A stretch of DNA of 64,000 nucleotides from Auanema rhodensis (Eukaryota > Animalia > Nematoda), in NCBI GenBank assembly GCA_964057225.1, contig OZ059895.1, positions 18,848,001 to 18,912,000 on the forward strand, read 5' to 3'. Below the pieces are notes generated by a model. The model was not told the DNA's origin. It saw only the letters and a program-made list of their open reading frames with translations, and made no database searches. Shown piece after piece: positions 1 to 14,600 of the stretch; position 1 is the stretch's first letter, and each line of letters begins with the position of its first letter. The position numbers were made by a program, and so were the translations under genes.

Positions 1-1028
1 CATTTATTATCCATGAATATCGTAGATGACACTCTTATTTTATTTTATTTTTTGGTTAACAAGATATCCTGTTATGTACGATGTGATTTACGAATAGATA
101 TATCTTCTTCAAGAATTTTGTTCTAGTCTCCAATCTGCAGAAGATGCGGAGCCAATTGATAAAGTTGAGGGTTGAATCGGATTGGAGCGACGCAGTATGA
201 GGAAAGGTATCAATAGTTCAACGATTTACTCGTTGATTTTGTAACGTTGTGATGTCTAATCAAGCTTTCTTCCTATGTTTTTTGATTTTTGAATTTTTAC
301 TTTTCCTTAAAAACAAATGGTTAAGAACAGCAGAAGCGGATGATCATCATATAATTTGTATATTTCAATTTGCATTATTATGAATTAAATTTTTAAAATG
401 TCTATATTGTACTCTAAATTTACACTCTTCAATAACACGATAAACAATAACATGTTTTATGCATGATCAGTCGGCAAACGAAATCCAAATAAGGGACAGC
501 CTGGATCTGGCTAGAACACATATTTCATAAAAAAATTTGAAGGAGCTCTGCCGTCACGTGTCAGAAGCTGTCATAAGCGTGTTGATTTAAAAATCAGTGA
601 TTCACATGATGATGGCCGTGATCGATAATGAGATGATACAGTAAATTCACATGAACAGATGGAATTGTTATGAAATAAAAACATTATTATTTATCTTATT
701 ACCAGATATTGTTTTAGTAAATGCAGAAGAAAATGTTCGAATTTTCACTTGACATAAATGTGGAAGAGTGCTTACGCACGGGTAAAGAAAGTGGTTGATA
801 GTTGGGTGGTGGCATCGTACAGAGTGTGTCTTTGAGTGGAAAATTAAAGAAAAACAATAATGTATATAATGATGGAAAACTGGTTGATCTAGGGTTAGAT
901 AAAGTATTAACTTTTCCGATTAAATTGATAATTAACTAAGATGACAACCGTCTTCTGGGCGACAAGCAGGCAGAAAAGCAGACGGAGTTGTTATAAAAGT
1001 TTTTCGTAGTAGTTGATTAAGAATGGGT

Positions 1029-1578
1029 TTAGTATTCTAAGCTATCATACAGATCATAACCAAAAGATGATCGTTTTCCAAATCTCATCCATTTAGCATC
1101 AGGTGAACGCTTTCCAAACCTGAAATATGCTATTTTTAATTTTTATTGAATACTATTATGGATATAGCTTATTAAAATATTATTAACTATAATATCAATT
1201 TCGTTTTAAATGAAATATGTTGGGGGAAAATATTTTTCTTTTCTGACAAGTATCGGTCAGATTTCAGTTCTAATGCCATTCTTAGTTTGATCTTTTTTTT
1301 TTGAAGAGAGTAAAATAAGGACGGTCAGCCTACCTCATCCACTTAGCGTTTGGAGATCTCTTTCCAAAACGCATCCATTTAGCATTCGGGGATCGTTTGT
1401 CCAAATCATTCTGAAGTATCATATCAAATTATTTATTTCATTTTTTGATCTTTTTTTTCTATGACTCAATTAAACATAACATGCTGCTTACCTCGGTAAG
1501 AGTGACATCATCGTCTTGAGCTGATACAACGTAGGCCAAAAGAGAGCACAGTAAAGCAATAACGGCGAACCGATTCAT
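1029..1578 (-). CDS. flp-22: FMRFamide-like neuropeptide precursor FLP-22
   Basis: 3 exons (1578-1492, 1410-1334, 1119-1029). Signal peptide [20 protein letters not shown], then KR-flanked [10 protein letters not shown] x2 and [10 protein letters not shown]; KWMRFamide is the FLP-22 signature. Confidence 0.95.
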
Positions 1579-2504
1579 ACTGAACTGAAATGATGAAAAG
1601 TTTTTTTTAAAAAAAGAAATTGATAAACAAGAGAAATAAGAAGAAACATAGACATATATTTCTATATAAGAAAAACTAAAAACATAAATGAAAAAAAAAA
1701 TGTTTAAGATAATGAAGAAAAAGCCCATGAAGACTATAAACCTTAATTTAATCAGAAAAAAAGAAATTTTGTGAGAATTAATCGATGTAATAATCACAGG
1801 AAGATTAGTCATGTATGTGTTTAGGTTAGAGTAAGCTCATGGGCTGTGCAATTTTCACGGTCAATCGAAAATTTCAGAATTTGGTTTTTGAGAATAAAAA
1901 TTTGATTTTTTGAGAAATTTCTCAAAAAAAATTAATTAAAAGAATAATTAAAACAGAAAAGGCCAGAACTTCAAAGATGAAAAGTAATTGACATTGGCAA
2001 CATTTTGGGAGTTGTTTTTCAAGATAGAGGGTCAAAGCATGAGTATACAAAGCCGAGGTAGAGGAAGTAAAACACGAAGAGCACTAGTAGTATAAGAGTC
2101 TATAGAACTTGGTCAACAAGATAATGAAAGAAATGATAATGATGATGTTGATGATTAAAAAAAGAAAAAGCAGTTATCTATCTGTCTATGTGGGGTAGAG
2201 GAAAAAGGTTTGAAGAATAGATGGATCATCAATAATGTCATCACTTCTTATAGCAATCAGACTAATAGTAACTCTAGTAGGGGAAGTAGTAGTAGCAGTA
2301 GTAGAGAGTCTTAGCGATGATGTAACACAACTGGTCACCGTAATCGTTTTCATCTCACCATCAAATTATCTTCGTGAAAACGTTAGGCGTTTAAGCCAAT
2401 CAGTTGTAGTTCCAATTTGATTTTTAAACAAAGGAAATCTGTTTTTTTTTTAATCTTGGAACATACATACATATATAGACAATCTAGTGAAAGAGAGAGA
2501 AAGG

Positions 2505-2537
<33 letters not shown>

Positions 2538-5500
2538 TTATTTGTATGTAGGTTCACAACAGTTTTACATTGAAATACCTTGGATAATTTCAAATAAATT
2601 ACATTTAAATCTTTTTTTTTGTTGCCGTTTCATTACAAATTATTTTTCTTTCAATTCGTTGTATTTTAAAAAATAATTGAATGTATGACTTCAAGTTTCA
2701 ACGGTAAAATTTTCCATACAAAAAATCATTTTAAAGAATATTGTCTGCTTGGACATAGGCTTTAAAATCAAATATTTTACAAGAGAAACAGAAATAGATA
2801 GTAGAAGAGTGGGAGAGAGAGAAAAGGCTTAGCTAATTAATAATTTTATTTCTTTCATCTGAGAAAAAAAGGAAGTTTTGTTTTGAAGTATTATATTTTC
2901 ATCGTTAAACTATTTAATATCTTCAGAATTCAGAATAAGATTTGCAAATTAAAATGACAGATAATTAGAAAATAATTAGTACGAAAGAGACGAAGTACCT
3001 CGATGAAGCTGATAAGCTATCGAATTCTCTTTGGCACCAATTACTTGGCTTACGTGTAGAGACTAGCAAAACAGTGCAGATTATTACAAGTTACAACGAA
3101 ATTTTAAAAGGACCACCACTTATACTATGAATGGTGATTCGATAGTATTCGCTAGAGCGTTGACAAGTCTTGAAAGCAACTACAATTTCTTATATCTGAG
3201 GGAGTTAAATAGAAAAGAATGAGGAAAGCAAATACAATTATTCAGGATGAACGATATTCAGAGAATCATAAGTCAATGAAAGAAAAAAATGGAGAAATCC
3301 TTCTTTTTTTCACCGAAAAAAGGCTCTGTTGACAATTTAAATGTCATAATAAGATTTGGAGAGTAAGTACGCAGCTAAGAGAGCAAAAAGAGAAACAGAG
3401 AAAGAGAGAGAGAGAAAGATATTGGAAGGAGATGTGAGATTGAAAGGGCGTGTGATAGTGAGGAGGAAAATAACAAGAATAAAGGAACTGATAGTAGCAT
3501 GAAATCCTTCTACAACGTTGAATAAGAGAAAAAAATCAAAAATAAATTCATAGAAACTAGGAAAAGGATTTCCCTCTTCTCGTAACCTTGTTTTCTCTTT
3601 TCTGATTTAACCTCTTGTTCTTGTTCTTGTCCTCCAACTCCACTTCTTACCTCTCCTTCTCTTCACATTCCTTAACTAACTTTTCTAGTTATCTTTCTAT
3701 CACTTTTCCTACCATAATTTCATTTGGTTTTCAATTGAATCTGTTTTCAAATAATATTTTGAATTGTAATATTGAAACCATTTAAAATTAAAAATTTTGG
3801 AAGAAAAAGGGAAATGTTTTTTTCAAAACGAATACCTATAACAGAATAGGATTTGAACATCCTGATGGGCACGAGCATAACATTTGTGTTTCTAGGTAGT
3901 TATGAAGGTGAAGCTCAAAATAATGAAATAGATGAGCTAAGTTCATTCAATTTTGGATTTTGTATTAAAATTTACTTTTATTTTGATAATTGATATAAGA
4001 TAAAACGGATATTTGATATGAAGTAATAATAAGAACTAATAATTCAGCTTAAACTGATGCTTGATCAAGAGTAACCAGGAGCGAAGGCGAGAGAATGAAC
4101 AGAAAGAAGATGAGAACGATGACGGGATACAGACAATATTGACTCTGCTATTACTCATTTTATGAAAATTAGAGAATCCGTATCTAGCTCATGCCAAGCA
4201 CGAGTAAAAATTGAGTAAAGACGAACGATGATAACTACTTAGTTATGCAGAATGGTTGTGGGTGGTAGAAAACCAGAGAATTGAGAAATAAAAATATAAA
4301 ATGGGTCTTTGTGGCATTTTTCAAATCAAATTTCAAACACCAATGATTCTTATGGACCATAAGATTCATCCTTACCTGCTATTGAAAGCATATTACCTTT
4401 ATTTATAAATGGAGTGAAGAATATGAAAGTATAAAATTGTTTTTTGATCTATAAGAGTATAGAAGTTAAAAGAACAAAAAGAGGGAGAGAGAGACATCGA
4501 AAGAAGAAGAGAACAGGTGTTCAGAGTTTAGAAAAGAGACGATTATGATACTTATGTATATGAAAAGGGATGGCAAAAAAGCTGAGAGTTCTATTAGCCA
4601 ATTTCCATACAGCCAAACACATAATCAGCTTGAAGAATGGCTGTCCAATCATTCGGACACGAATAGTCAATGATGGCTTGAAGATGAACAAGGAAAAGAA
4701 GTAGAAAAGGACGAATAGGCCTGTCGTTCATCGTCATCGTCGTCTGTGTCAATGCTCTTAATGAGACACAAACAGCTCCATTACAGCTTTAGTGAAGAGC
4801 ATGAATAAGAGGAAACGACCGTGGGCTATACCATAGGTCATCTGTCTTATAAGATGTGAAAGATGGAGGGAAATACCTCTTCCTTTCTTTCTTCTTCACT
4901 GTCGTCATCGTCCTCATTGTCGTTGTCGTCATCCACAGGCAGCTGCATGTTCGGACCTGCGCTGCAACGGAGACAATGCCAATGAAACTGAGATACATGG
5001 TTACACCTACATACATCTAGCTCGTGCTTGAATCTAGCATGTGCAGCTAACTCTGACATTCTAAAAAAAAGCAAAAAAAAAGAGTTAAAAACAAATCATG
5101 ACATCATCAGATACATCATTAACGTCACTTCAAGAAAATTCGATGAAGTACAGCATAAGTATATGTATGTAGTATACTTGATGTCATCGGTAATATATAC
5201 AGATGCATGTAAGAATGTATCTGACTTTCATCAACTTTATTTACGTTCTGGTCAGCATGTCCGACATGGCAGTCAGACGTATGTCATCGAGAGATCAGAA
5301 TGAAATGGGAAACAGAAAATATTTTCTTTTCCATAAACCTTCATATGAGAAGAGAGCAAAAATTGGTGCGCTGTGGGAGAAATACTTGTCTCAACTGAAA
5401 CAAAGCATGCTCGAACCTGAGCACCCAGAATTGTTGTGTACTGGATAATATACGATAAACAACTCACAAACAATAGTTGAAAATAATATATGTATATTAT

Positions 5501-8500
5501 ATATTATATACTATATATATATAGTTATATACTTTATAGTATATAGTATATAGTATATTTATATTTATATATATGTGTGTATAATACACATATTTATCTG
5601 TTTTCCCTCCTGACTAAGCTGTACAATATGAATTCCTGTCTAGCAATTGAGGGTAAGATGCGTGAAAGAAGGAAGAAAATGTGGAAATGATAGCACAAAT
5701 TGGAAAATCATGTGCACTGCATCATCGGATATTTGACTCTCGCTCTCTCTCTCTCATTGTCTCTCTCTATCTCTTTATCTCTATATTTGTCTCTTTCTAT
5801 CTCATTTTTTCGTTCTCGAAATAGCTTGTAAGAAACATTTAAAAGGCCAAAATGTATTAGCACAATGGATAATTTCAACTAGGAATAGGACCGTATATTG
5901 GTCTTGAGAGGAAGAATGAAGAAATAACTTAACTACAATTGACTATTCTCTTGTATGGAATAGATAGAATAAGATGAATATTTCCCGAATAATGCAATGA
6001 AAGAGGGTTTAGAATAGATTTTTTATGGTTTTTTGAGTCCTGAATAAGGAGAAAAGATGAAAAAAATCAAAATAAAGGCTAAAAATCACAGGAATGAACT
6101 GGTGATAAATCGTGAATAAATTAAGAAAAACATTTTTTTTTGGCTGAGACATTGATATTCATGGAAAAATAAGATTAAACTACACAATATATATATAATA
6201 TATTTTGTATTTTTATGTTGAAAAATGCTTGGATTGAGCTTAGAATCTTTTTTTATATATTTTTCTATATGTATGGCTATACATAAAATAGTTTTTTTGA
6301 CAAAAAAAACTATAGGAAAAGTAGATAATGAAAATATCTCATACAATGCTCACAATAACTATTCATTCTTACTCTCCAATACTCAGAAAAGTTAAAATCG
6401 TTCTTCGAAGGGGTGCTTGCTTCACAAATGCTACAGAGCACCGTTGATGACTCTGACTGCCATCGTGAGGGGGGAGGAAAGGGAGAAGGAAATGTATATG
6501 GATGTAAAGTGCTGATGACTACGTAAATGCTTGAGAAGGTTAAGCATCGAACAAGAGCAATTGGAGGTGGTGGGAAGAGAAAGATCCAGTCTTCAATGTG
6601 AAGGGCTAAGATGTATGAAGCTGATCCTTTTGGATTTGAAACGGTTAGTCTCTTATGGTCTTTTCCTTAAAATTTGTTTTCTTCTACATTGCAGATGAAG
6701 CTGTAAGTGAACATACCAAACAAATTGATGTAATCTGATTAATGGGGCACACATCATAAAGATAAATGCTGAAACCAGGCTTTAGAATTGCTATTAAAAC
6801 TTAAGAATTTTGCTTTTGGAATATGAAAGACGGGAAAAATTGCTTCTATATAGGGAGATTTATATCAAAATAAAAAAATTAAAATGAAAATGAGAATAAT
6901 AGAAAATTAAAAATTAATAAGATGAGAGACTATAATAAGAAAAATAGATTTAAAGGGAAATGAGTCGAAAGAAAAGAGATTCTGAGATTTTAGGAGTATC
7001 TTAAGATCAAAGACTAACAGGCATAACAAGTTCGAAAATGAAGCTGTCGTAAGCTGAGCATATCCGAACTAGCATGTATGCGTGTATGGTTGAATAACTC
7101 ACAGACTATCTGGAGCTCCTACACAACATTGTCTGACAGGTCAGCAGAAAACTGAACGCAGCCAAAAGAAATGACAAACTGGAAAAAAATGGCAACAAGG
7201 AGAGACATGGAGATAGGTATATACATAGGTGTATGTAGTAGACAAAATGACTGCTTTTGGAAGGAGGTAAAGGGGTGGGAGGGAATTGGAGCAGAGAAAG
7301 AGTAGGAGACGGAGCAGTTGCACTGAACGCAACTGCAATTGTGACAAAACCAAAACTGACGGTGAAATTTTGGTTTAAAAAGCTTTAGCTTCGTCATCAC
7401 GTCATCAAGTTGTATCAAGTAGGCGGTACATATCTCCGCCCACTTTTAGCTCATTTTGCTTTATACAAATAGTAATAATGGCTGGATAGAAGGACCATTA
7501 TCCTTTTAATATAAAGAATAGGAAAATAACATCAGTACTATATGGTAGTTGAAGACTCAACGACATACTCAACTAGAGCATGAAAATGAGGATAATGTGT
7601 TATCGGAATGTTTTTTCGTCTTGGTCTCATCCTCTGCCAAGTACTGCCCTTAGAATAAAAGCTGTAACCGGATAAGAAATAATTGTTGTTGTATTGTATA
7701 AGAATTTTTCAGAACTTTCTCCATTATCAGGGAATTTAGCCTATTAATATTTTATTTTTTAAGAAATAAATGAATCGTACAAGAGGAAAATGTTCAATAT
7801 TTTCAAGCTGACCATTAGTCATGTCATATTGCAATATTCAGTTACTGCCCCCCCCCCCTCCTCCCTCCCTCGCTTCCTCCCCCACACACACAAAAATGAG
7901 ATGTAATTCTTCCTTATTTGAAATTTCTTGTAAATAAATGAGTAGGAGGCAGAAATATATATAAAGAGAAAGAGTGAGCAAGAAGGGAAACCAATTCTGA
8001 TTATGATGAGCACTGCAGAGGAAATACTGAATAGAATTTGAGAAACAATGAAGAAATTCACAGCTTTCTACAGTTTCTTTTAAAAGTTTTCTCCATTTTG
8101 AAGCATAATACTATTTTTCCCGCTCTTAATGAGCTGTCAACGAGGTCTCCTTTCAAAGAGATATCTCACCGTCAAGTTTTCGTCTGAATTTTTTTTTATT
8201 TTCGAAATGTTTCGCTTCGAAAAGTTTTGAACAAAATTAGAGTAAAAGGTGACAAGCATTTTTACAAATCTGAAAAACAAGGATTGGTATAGGTTAAAGA
8301 TGTCAAAAATAGATAGAAATGAAGATAAATGTTAAAAGAGTAAGAGCCAAACATTGGAAGAGAGAGAAAGAGAGAAAGAGAGAGTGAGAGAGTGAGAGAG
8401 GGAAAAAAATTTCTCAGACTTAAGAGAGAGAGATTAGCGCTCAACAAGTGAAAATACAAATTAAACTTTTAAAAGGAAAACAAATAAATTTGAAAAGAAT

Positions 8501-10319
8501 TATGATGCAATTATTTTATTCTATTTTATCGGAAGCGTTTCAGTTGAAACAAATATATTTAAGTTTAACTTCCAAGTTTAAAGGTGGAATACGCATATTT
8601 GAAACTTAAATTTTTAATTTATACAATATGAATATTAACGTCTGTATTCCAGTGGCATAAAGATGTTGACATGATTCACAAAGTTTTGAATCTACATTCT
8701 CAAGATTTCATGCTTAGCTACATTCCAAACTGACCGTAATCGGCACTTCAGGATATTTTTTTTGAATTAGCTTGATTACATTCAAGTTCTACAAAAATAG
8801 TAAACGTTCGATTTAAGCGGAAAAAAAGGACAGAAAATGCTGTTCATGCTGTTTCAACAACGACAAATTTAGCAGAATGGTGAGCAATGATTTTACAATT
8901 CTTTTTTTTTCCTGTGAGCTTTTATTGCATATATTAACAACAAAATTAGGAAACAACTAAAGAAACGAATAGAATAAATTATATTTTTTTTGTTCTCACG
9001 ACAATGCCCCCGCATTGTTAGCTCAACAAGGTAATCAAGGTTCGAAAGCTATACGTGATGGGAAGAAGTAACATCATCTATCCCCTTGACAACTGAACTT
9101 GTTTTAAATGCTACATTGCTCAAGTTTATCTTCAATTTATGCTAATTAAGCTTTTGAAAAGTTAGAAATAGTCAGGTTTGCATTCAATACTGTTATTAGA
9201 CTTTGTTATTGAACTTTTGTCTTGAGGCAGCCAAAAAAAAAAGAAAATTGCAACAATATCTCCTAATTGATGGCGCAGTTTTCAAAGAAAAATCTTTTTT
9301 TCTTCTTCTTTATTTTTTTCTGCTCACATGAATCACTTGAAAAAGCAATTTTACACTACTTAACATCTCATTCCATGCTTATTCACTCAGCAGATCATCA
9401 TCAGTGTTAAGACTATCGTCATCTGAATAAATTTGTCAATTTCTTCTCATATAAAGCTATTCGTACCAGACAGACAAGTGTATACAAGAGCTAACTTAAG
9501 AGAGAATGTGAATGTATTTGAAGAAAACCTAAAAGAGGATCATGAAGAGCTTTACCAAATAAACGTTGCATTTCAAAATTATAAAACACAAAATTACCGT
9601 AATCAAGCTTCAAATTCTCATTTTGGCTTCTCAAGTGTAACTTTGATGACAAAAAGCTTGATGACTATGAGTACATGATATGAAGAAAATATACCCAAGC
9701 TTTAAGATATACATGACTTAGTAGCAGGGCAAAGAAGAAAAAAATCGGAGCTATTTTCTCATTTTATTTGTCCCAAAAAGGCCAAAAAACTTTGCGAAAA
9801 TTTGAGTGAAAGTGTAGAAAAAGGAGAAACGCGTTTGAATTCTTCCACAATAGCGTCAGCATGAATATTCAGCCGCCTGTTTGATCACACAAACAGCTAA
9901 AAGTCATTGAGCCCATCAGATCTCCTATATTTGCAGAAAAGGTTTCCAAAAAAAGAAGTTGAAGAAAACCCCATTAAAATCTATTTTAAGAATTTATAAT
10001 CAAACATTGTTCAATTATTAGAATAATTATTTTATAATATTCAGATATATAAAGGTAGATAGATATTTAGCTTTTACTACATCTTAACCTATCATCATCC
10101 AGCATCATCAGATTATTTTCTGAATTGATTATATGAATATCAGTAGTATTACTCACAGTTATACATCCATTCTTTGACATTTTTCTTCTATAAGAAGGTA
10201 AAAATGCGATTAATAATCTGAAAAAACCAAAGTTAATGTGTTTCAAAGGTTAATGAACTGTGAATGTGAGTGAGCTTGATACAGATAGAGAAAGTCTAAG
10301 GTGGATATATAGAGAAGAA

Positions 10320-10324
<5 letters not shown>

Positions 10325-10392
<68 letters not shown>
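10325..10392. repeat. (GA)n microsatellite
   Basis: Uninterrupted AG dinucleotide run of ~68 bp. Confidence 0.95.
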
Positions 10393-10396
<4 letters not shown>

Positions 10397-11759
10397 AGAG
10401 AAGTTCAGTTAATGAAAAGTGTCAATACGAGCAAAGAAAATGAAGAAGATTATTTTTCAATTTGGAATACATATTTCCCACATCAATCGTCTGAAACCAT
10501 TTTGAACTTAATTATTGTGCTATGCATTTGTTAGTTTCAAATTTACCTTAAGACGGCTAATAAATATCAAAATGTTTCTCTTGTCGTGTGTCGTTGATGC
10601 TTCTCTCTGACACTCTCTTTCTTGATGTCACATCCTGTGAAGTTCTTACTTGCTTCCGTTGAAGCTTTTTACCAGCTCTGAGAACTTGAAATTACAAGTT
10701 ATTGTCCGGAAAAAGTCTGAGCAAAACATGATCCAATTGTTGTTGAGCGAGAATAGAAAACATTAAATAGTGAGAGATTTTCTGATTTTTTTCTGCTCAA
10801 ATTCATAATGAGCATGATATATGAGTAGGAAAAATTAATTTTTTTGAAAATCACTCGGGGTTAAAGATAAGAACGATATATTTCATAGTTATGCATTACA
10901 AACTATGAATAATTAAAGTTTTTTGCGTCATTCTCATGCTCATCTACTTCTATGAGCTGTAGCCACGTACCACACATGCACACATATACTTCTATATGCT
11001 TCATCAAGCATTCTGTAAGCTTTATGACAGCTTTCTTCGACCTTAACACTATGATCTGAACCGAACCGTCCAAGCTTAAAGCATTCAAAGAAAAGAAAAA
11101 AGTGAGTTCTAAACAACAGGTAACAAGTGACAGAAATGTTTATAAATGAAAAAGAAAGAGATACTTTGTAACAAAGCAATTTACAACATTTTGATTTTTG
11201 ATGAATTTCTGAAACAATCTTGTGTGAAGCTACAAGATATGAAATGAGGTGCAATCATAAATTTAAACATGTTTATTCACAGCGACAGAAAAAAAAAGAA
11301 AGATAAAAAGCAGAAAAATACAAGAAAAATTTTGTTTTTCACAATAAGGATTCTCAGAATTAGACCAAAACTTTCCAGTTTTTGATTATTTATTTCAAAA
11401 TATAAGATGAAGAGCTATAGATAGAATATGACAAAAGTAGTCTGAGAATAGATGTGAATAATCATAAAATGAATTTTTAAAAAAACATGAATTTAAAGAA
11501 TAAGAATTTATCATAAAAAACTAAAAATATATATATAAATCTCAAGTATATACATATATATGATAGTAATAAAGGTTGTTTTTAAGAGAAAAAATCTAAA
11601 AAAATACCTATTACACGTGTTTTGAATGAAGAAATAGCTAAAAAGTTGTGGGAATGGTATCCGAATTGAATGAAGCTTAAAGGCCAGTAAGCTTAAGATC
11701 GAATGAGCATTAGATAGAGAGAGGGTGAGAACGGAAAACGAGATAGTGGTGTGTATGTT

Positions 11760-11772
<13 letters not shown>

Positions 11773-11811
<39 letters not shown>
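11773..11811. repeat. (GA)n microsatellite
   Basis: AG run preceded by AAAG units. Confidence 0.9.
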
Positions 11812-11814
<3 letters not shown>

Positions 11815-13172
11815 AGGAGAGAAAATGAAAAAGTAAATTGTTTGAGAAAAAAAAATATTATTATTGCGTAAGTCAACAGTTTGTAATTGAAAGCGAAAAG
11901 ATGAACAAAAATGTTGAAAAATTTTAAAGCAATTAAAACATAAAGTAAATATAAATATAATTTTATATATTTGTTATTAGAATATACATATAATAATATA
12001 TAATATTATATAAAAATAAATGTATACTCATCGTATTTATAACAATTTGTGAAAGAATTGGATTAAAAGCATATTTGAAAAAAAAAAAGAAAAAAGAAAC
12101 ATATAACTTATAGATATTGTATTATATATTGTTGTAAAGTTGAAAAAGATATTTTCACATATATTTTTGATATAATTGAAAAAGAAAAATGAATGTTTCT
12201 GTCAGAATATGTGTGGGAGATTAAGAAAAAGACAAGGAGTACGTAAATGAGAAAGTTTAGATTTCAAGAAAAAGATTATAACAATAATAAAATAAAAGTA
12301 TCAAAACATATTTTAATAAAAATATAAATAATATTGAAAATGATATATATAAATACATATATATCATATAACGATCTATGACATTTACAAGGACAATGAC
12401 AGCAATCAAATCATATTGGACATCATCTTCGGAAAAAAGCGGAAATTCTAGTAAATACAACAAAGAAATCAAGATAATATCAAGTATGTGAGCAATATTC
12501 ATGCATTCATTAGGTATTTTTAAAGGAAAAAAATAATTAAAATTACAAATATTCATGAATATGACGTAAGGTTTAGTATAGACAAATACTAAAAACAGCT
12601 GACTTAGACGAGATAACAAGGAAACATTTTCATAAAAAAGGTCACGTAACAAATTAGAAAGTTTTAAATATTTAAAGATAAAAAGAGAAATTTAAAAGAA
12701 AGGGAGAGAGAGAATCAGAACAGGCTATACAATAATGGTACAGTATTTTAATTTTATATACAAGGAACTTGGAAGCCTATGATTATCATATGAGACTGAT
12801 GAAGTATAAGATCTACGCAAATTGTCAAATTTAGCAACACTGAAACTTCAATTTGCAAAGCTGAGTCGAGACACCGCTTGTTTTTCAATTGAAGCACTGA
12901 CAAAAAAAGGAAAATGAAATAGATAGAGAGAAGGATCGGTACAAAGAGAGAATTAGAAAATAAAAAGAAAATGAGAAGATAAAATAGAAGACCAGCACGA
13001 TTTTTTTCTTTTTGTCATGCTACTACAAATGACGGAAAAAAGCAAGAAAACAGCAAATTAATCATTTTTTATACAAAAAAGAAAAGAATATCATGAATTG
13101 CTTTCATGTATCATATAAGCATTATCCTTATACTCACAATACCAGTTCCGAAGTTTATGGATGAATGCTAAG

Positions 13173-13218
13173 ATGCTTATGCTCATGCTTATGTCCAAGC
13201 TTATGTCCATGCTTATGA
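13173..13218. repeat. Short ~12-bp tandem repeat (ATGCTTATGTCC-like)
   Basis: atgcttatgctc/atgcttatgtcc/aagcttatgtcc/atgcttatg. Confidence 0.75.
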
Positions 13219-14542
13219 TTTGCTTGTCTTTTCTCCAATTCTTTAATGAATGTGAAAGATGAGAAGGTGGATTGTTACCTCGTAATCTATATGTGTTAAC
13301 CACTAGTTGGATCATTTAAATGGATCAACCTTTTTCGAACTATTAACCGATTGATTTCAAAGATAAAAATAAGTTCAAATAATGAATGTCAAATGTAAAT
13401 TAGTGTTCATACATATCCAGAAAACATGCAATTTGGAGGGAAAGAGGGAAACATGAAGAGTAAGAGGGAGAGAGAGAGAGAGGGAAAATTTAGAGAGAAA
13501 GAGGGTTTGCAACAAGAGAGCAAACCAATATATCTTCATCCAAAAATAGCAACTTCATTAGGATATGTATGTTTGGTAAAGCTGGTCATTCAACATAATA
13601 ACGAGCACTAAAGTATGCACAATATTTTTTAAAATATATATATTTACAAAATAATGATAGTAAATATAAGATTATAATAAAGTTTTTCTATGATTCATTG
13701 AAAATTATTTATTTGTTTCAATTCTTTCAAGTATTGTGATTAAAAATAGGAATGTTCTTCACAAATAGATTCTTTGAACAACATGTTGATCTTCAATAAT
13801 CATATAAAATTTTATTTTAATTTATATTTTGTTAATTTATATTTATATATAGCTTAATATTGAATGAGACATTTAAGACAGACCAATATGTCTTATAGCT
13901 ATATCCATATACATATACATAATATATTAAAAAGTTTCAAAATATTATTAAAATTTAGTTAATTTATATCGAAATAGATAATTATAAGTTTTATTATTAT
14001 ATGGAATAATTCTTTTATCTATGAAAATTTAAAAAAAGAAGATATAAAAGAAAATATCTTTCTGTTTTTTGGTTTCCAAAACAACTTGGCTTCTTCATTA
14101 TTCCTCATTTGACAATTTTTTTCTTTTTTTTTTGTTATTTTTATTTATTTTTTTCATGTTCCATACTGAATAATTTGAAAAGGATGAGGGATGTAGAATA
14201 TTATATGAGATTGTGAGAGAGCTTGATTGAAATTAAAGAAAAAAATGTTGTTTGTTATATAAGTTGTTGCGCAACAATGCTCATATTTCCTGAACTAGTA
14301 TAACCTTATATGTATAAGGTTATATATTCTAGTTATGGTATAACATATATGGTTTATGAGATAGTATATGGTATTGTTTATATTATTATCTTCAACGAAG
14401 TATAAGCTATCTTATTCAATATAAAGTTGTTATATAACACATATCTAATATACTATATGAATAGTAAAAGAATATATATATTTTACTTCCGGAAATTTAC
14501 AAAGTTTCTAGTATGTTCTGAGAATATATCCATAGTTATAGG

Positions 14543-14548
<6 letters not shown>

Positions 14549-14595
<47 letters not shown>
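14549..14595. repeat. (GA)n microsatellite
   Basis: Uninterrupted AG run. Confidence 0.95.

Positions 14596-14600
<5 letters not shown>

Noticed and set aside
60-660. Possible exon fragments at the window start
   Set aside because: No frame gave a recognisable or consistently spliceable product.
9451-9472. miR-79/miR-9*-like seed ATAAAGCTA
   Set aside because: No complementary 5' arm, and the rest of the sequence diverges.
2235-13611. ORF-track ORFs in the gene-poor region (e.g. 11511-11876, 12257-12652, 8262-8459)
   Set aside because: Low-complexity translations of GA/AT-rich DNA with no spliceable structure or motifs.
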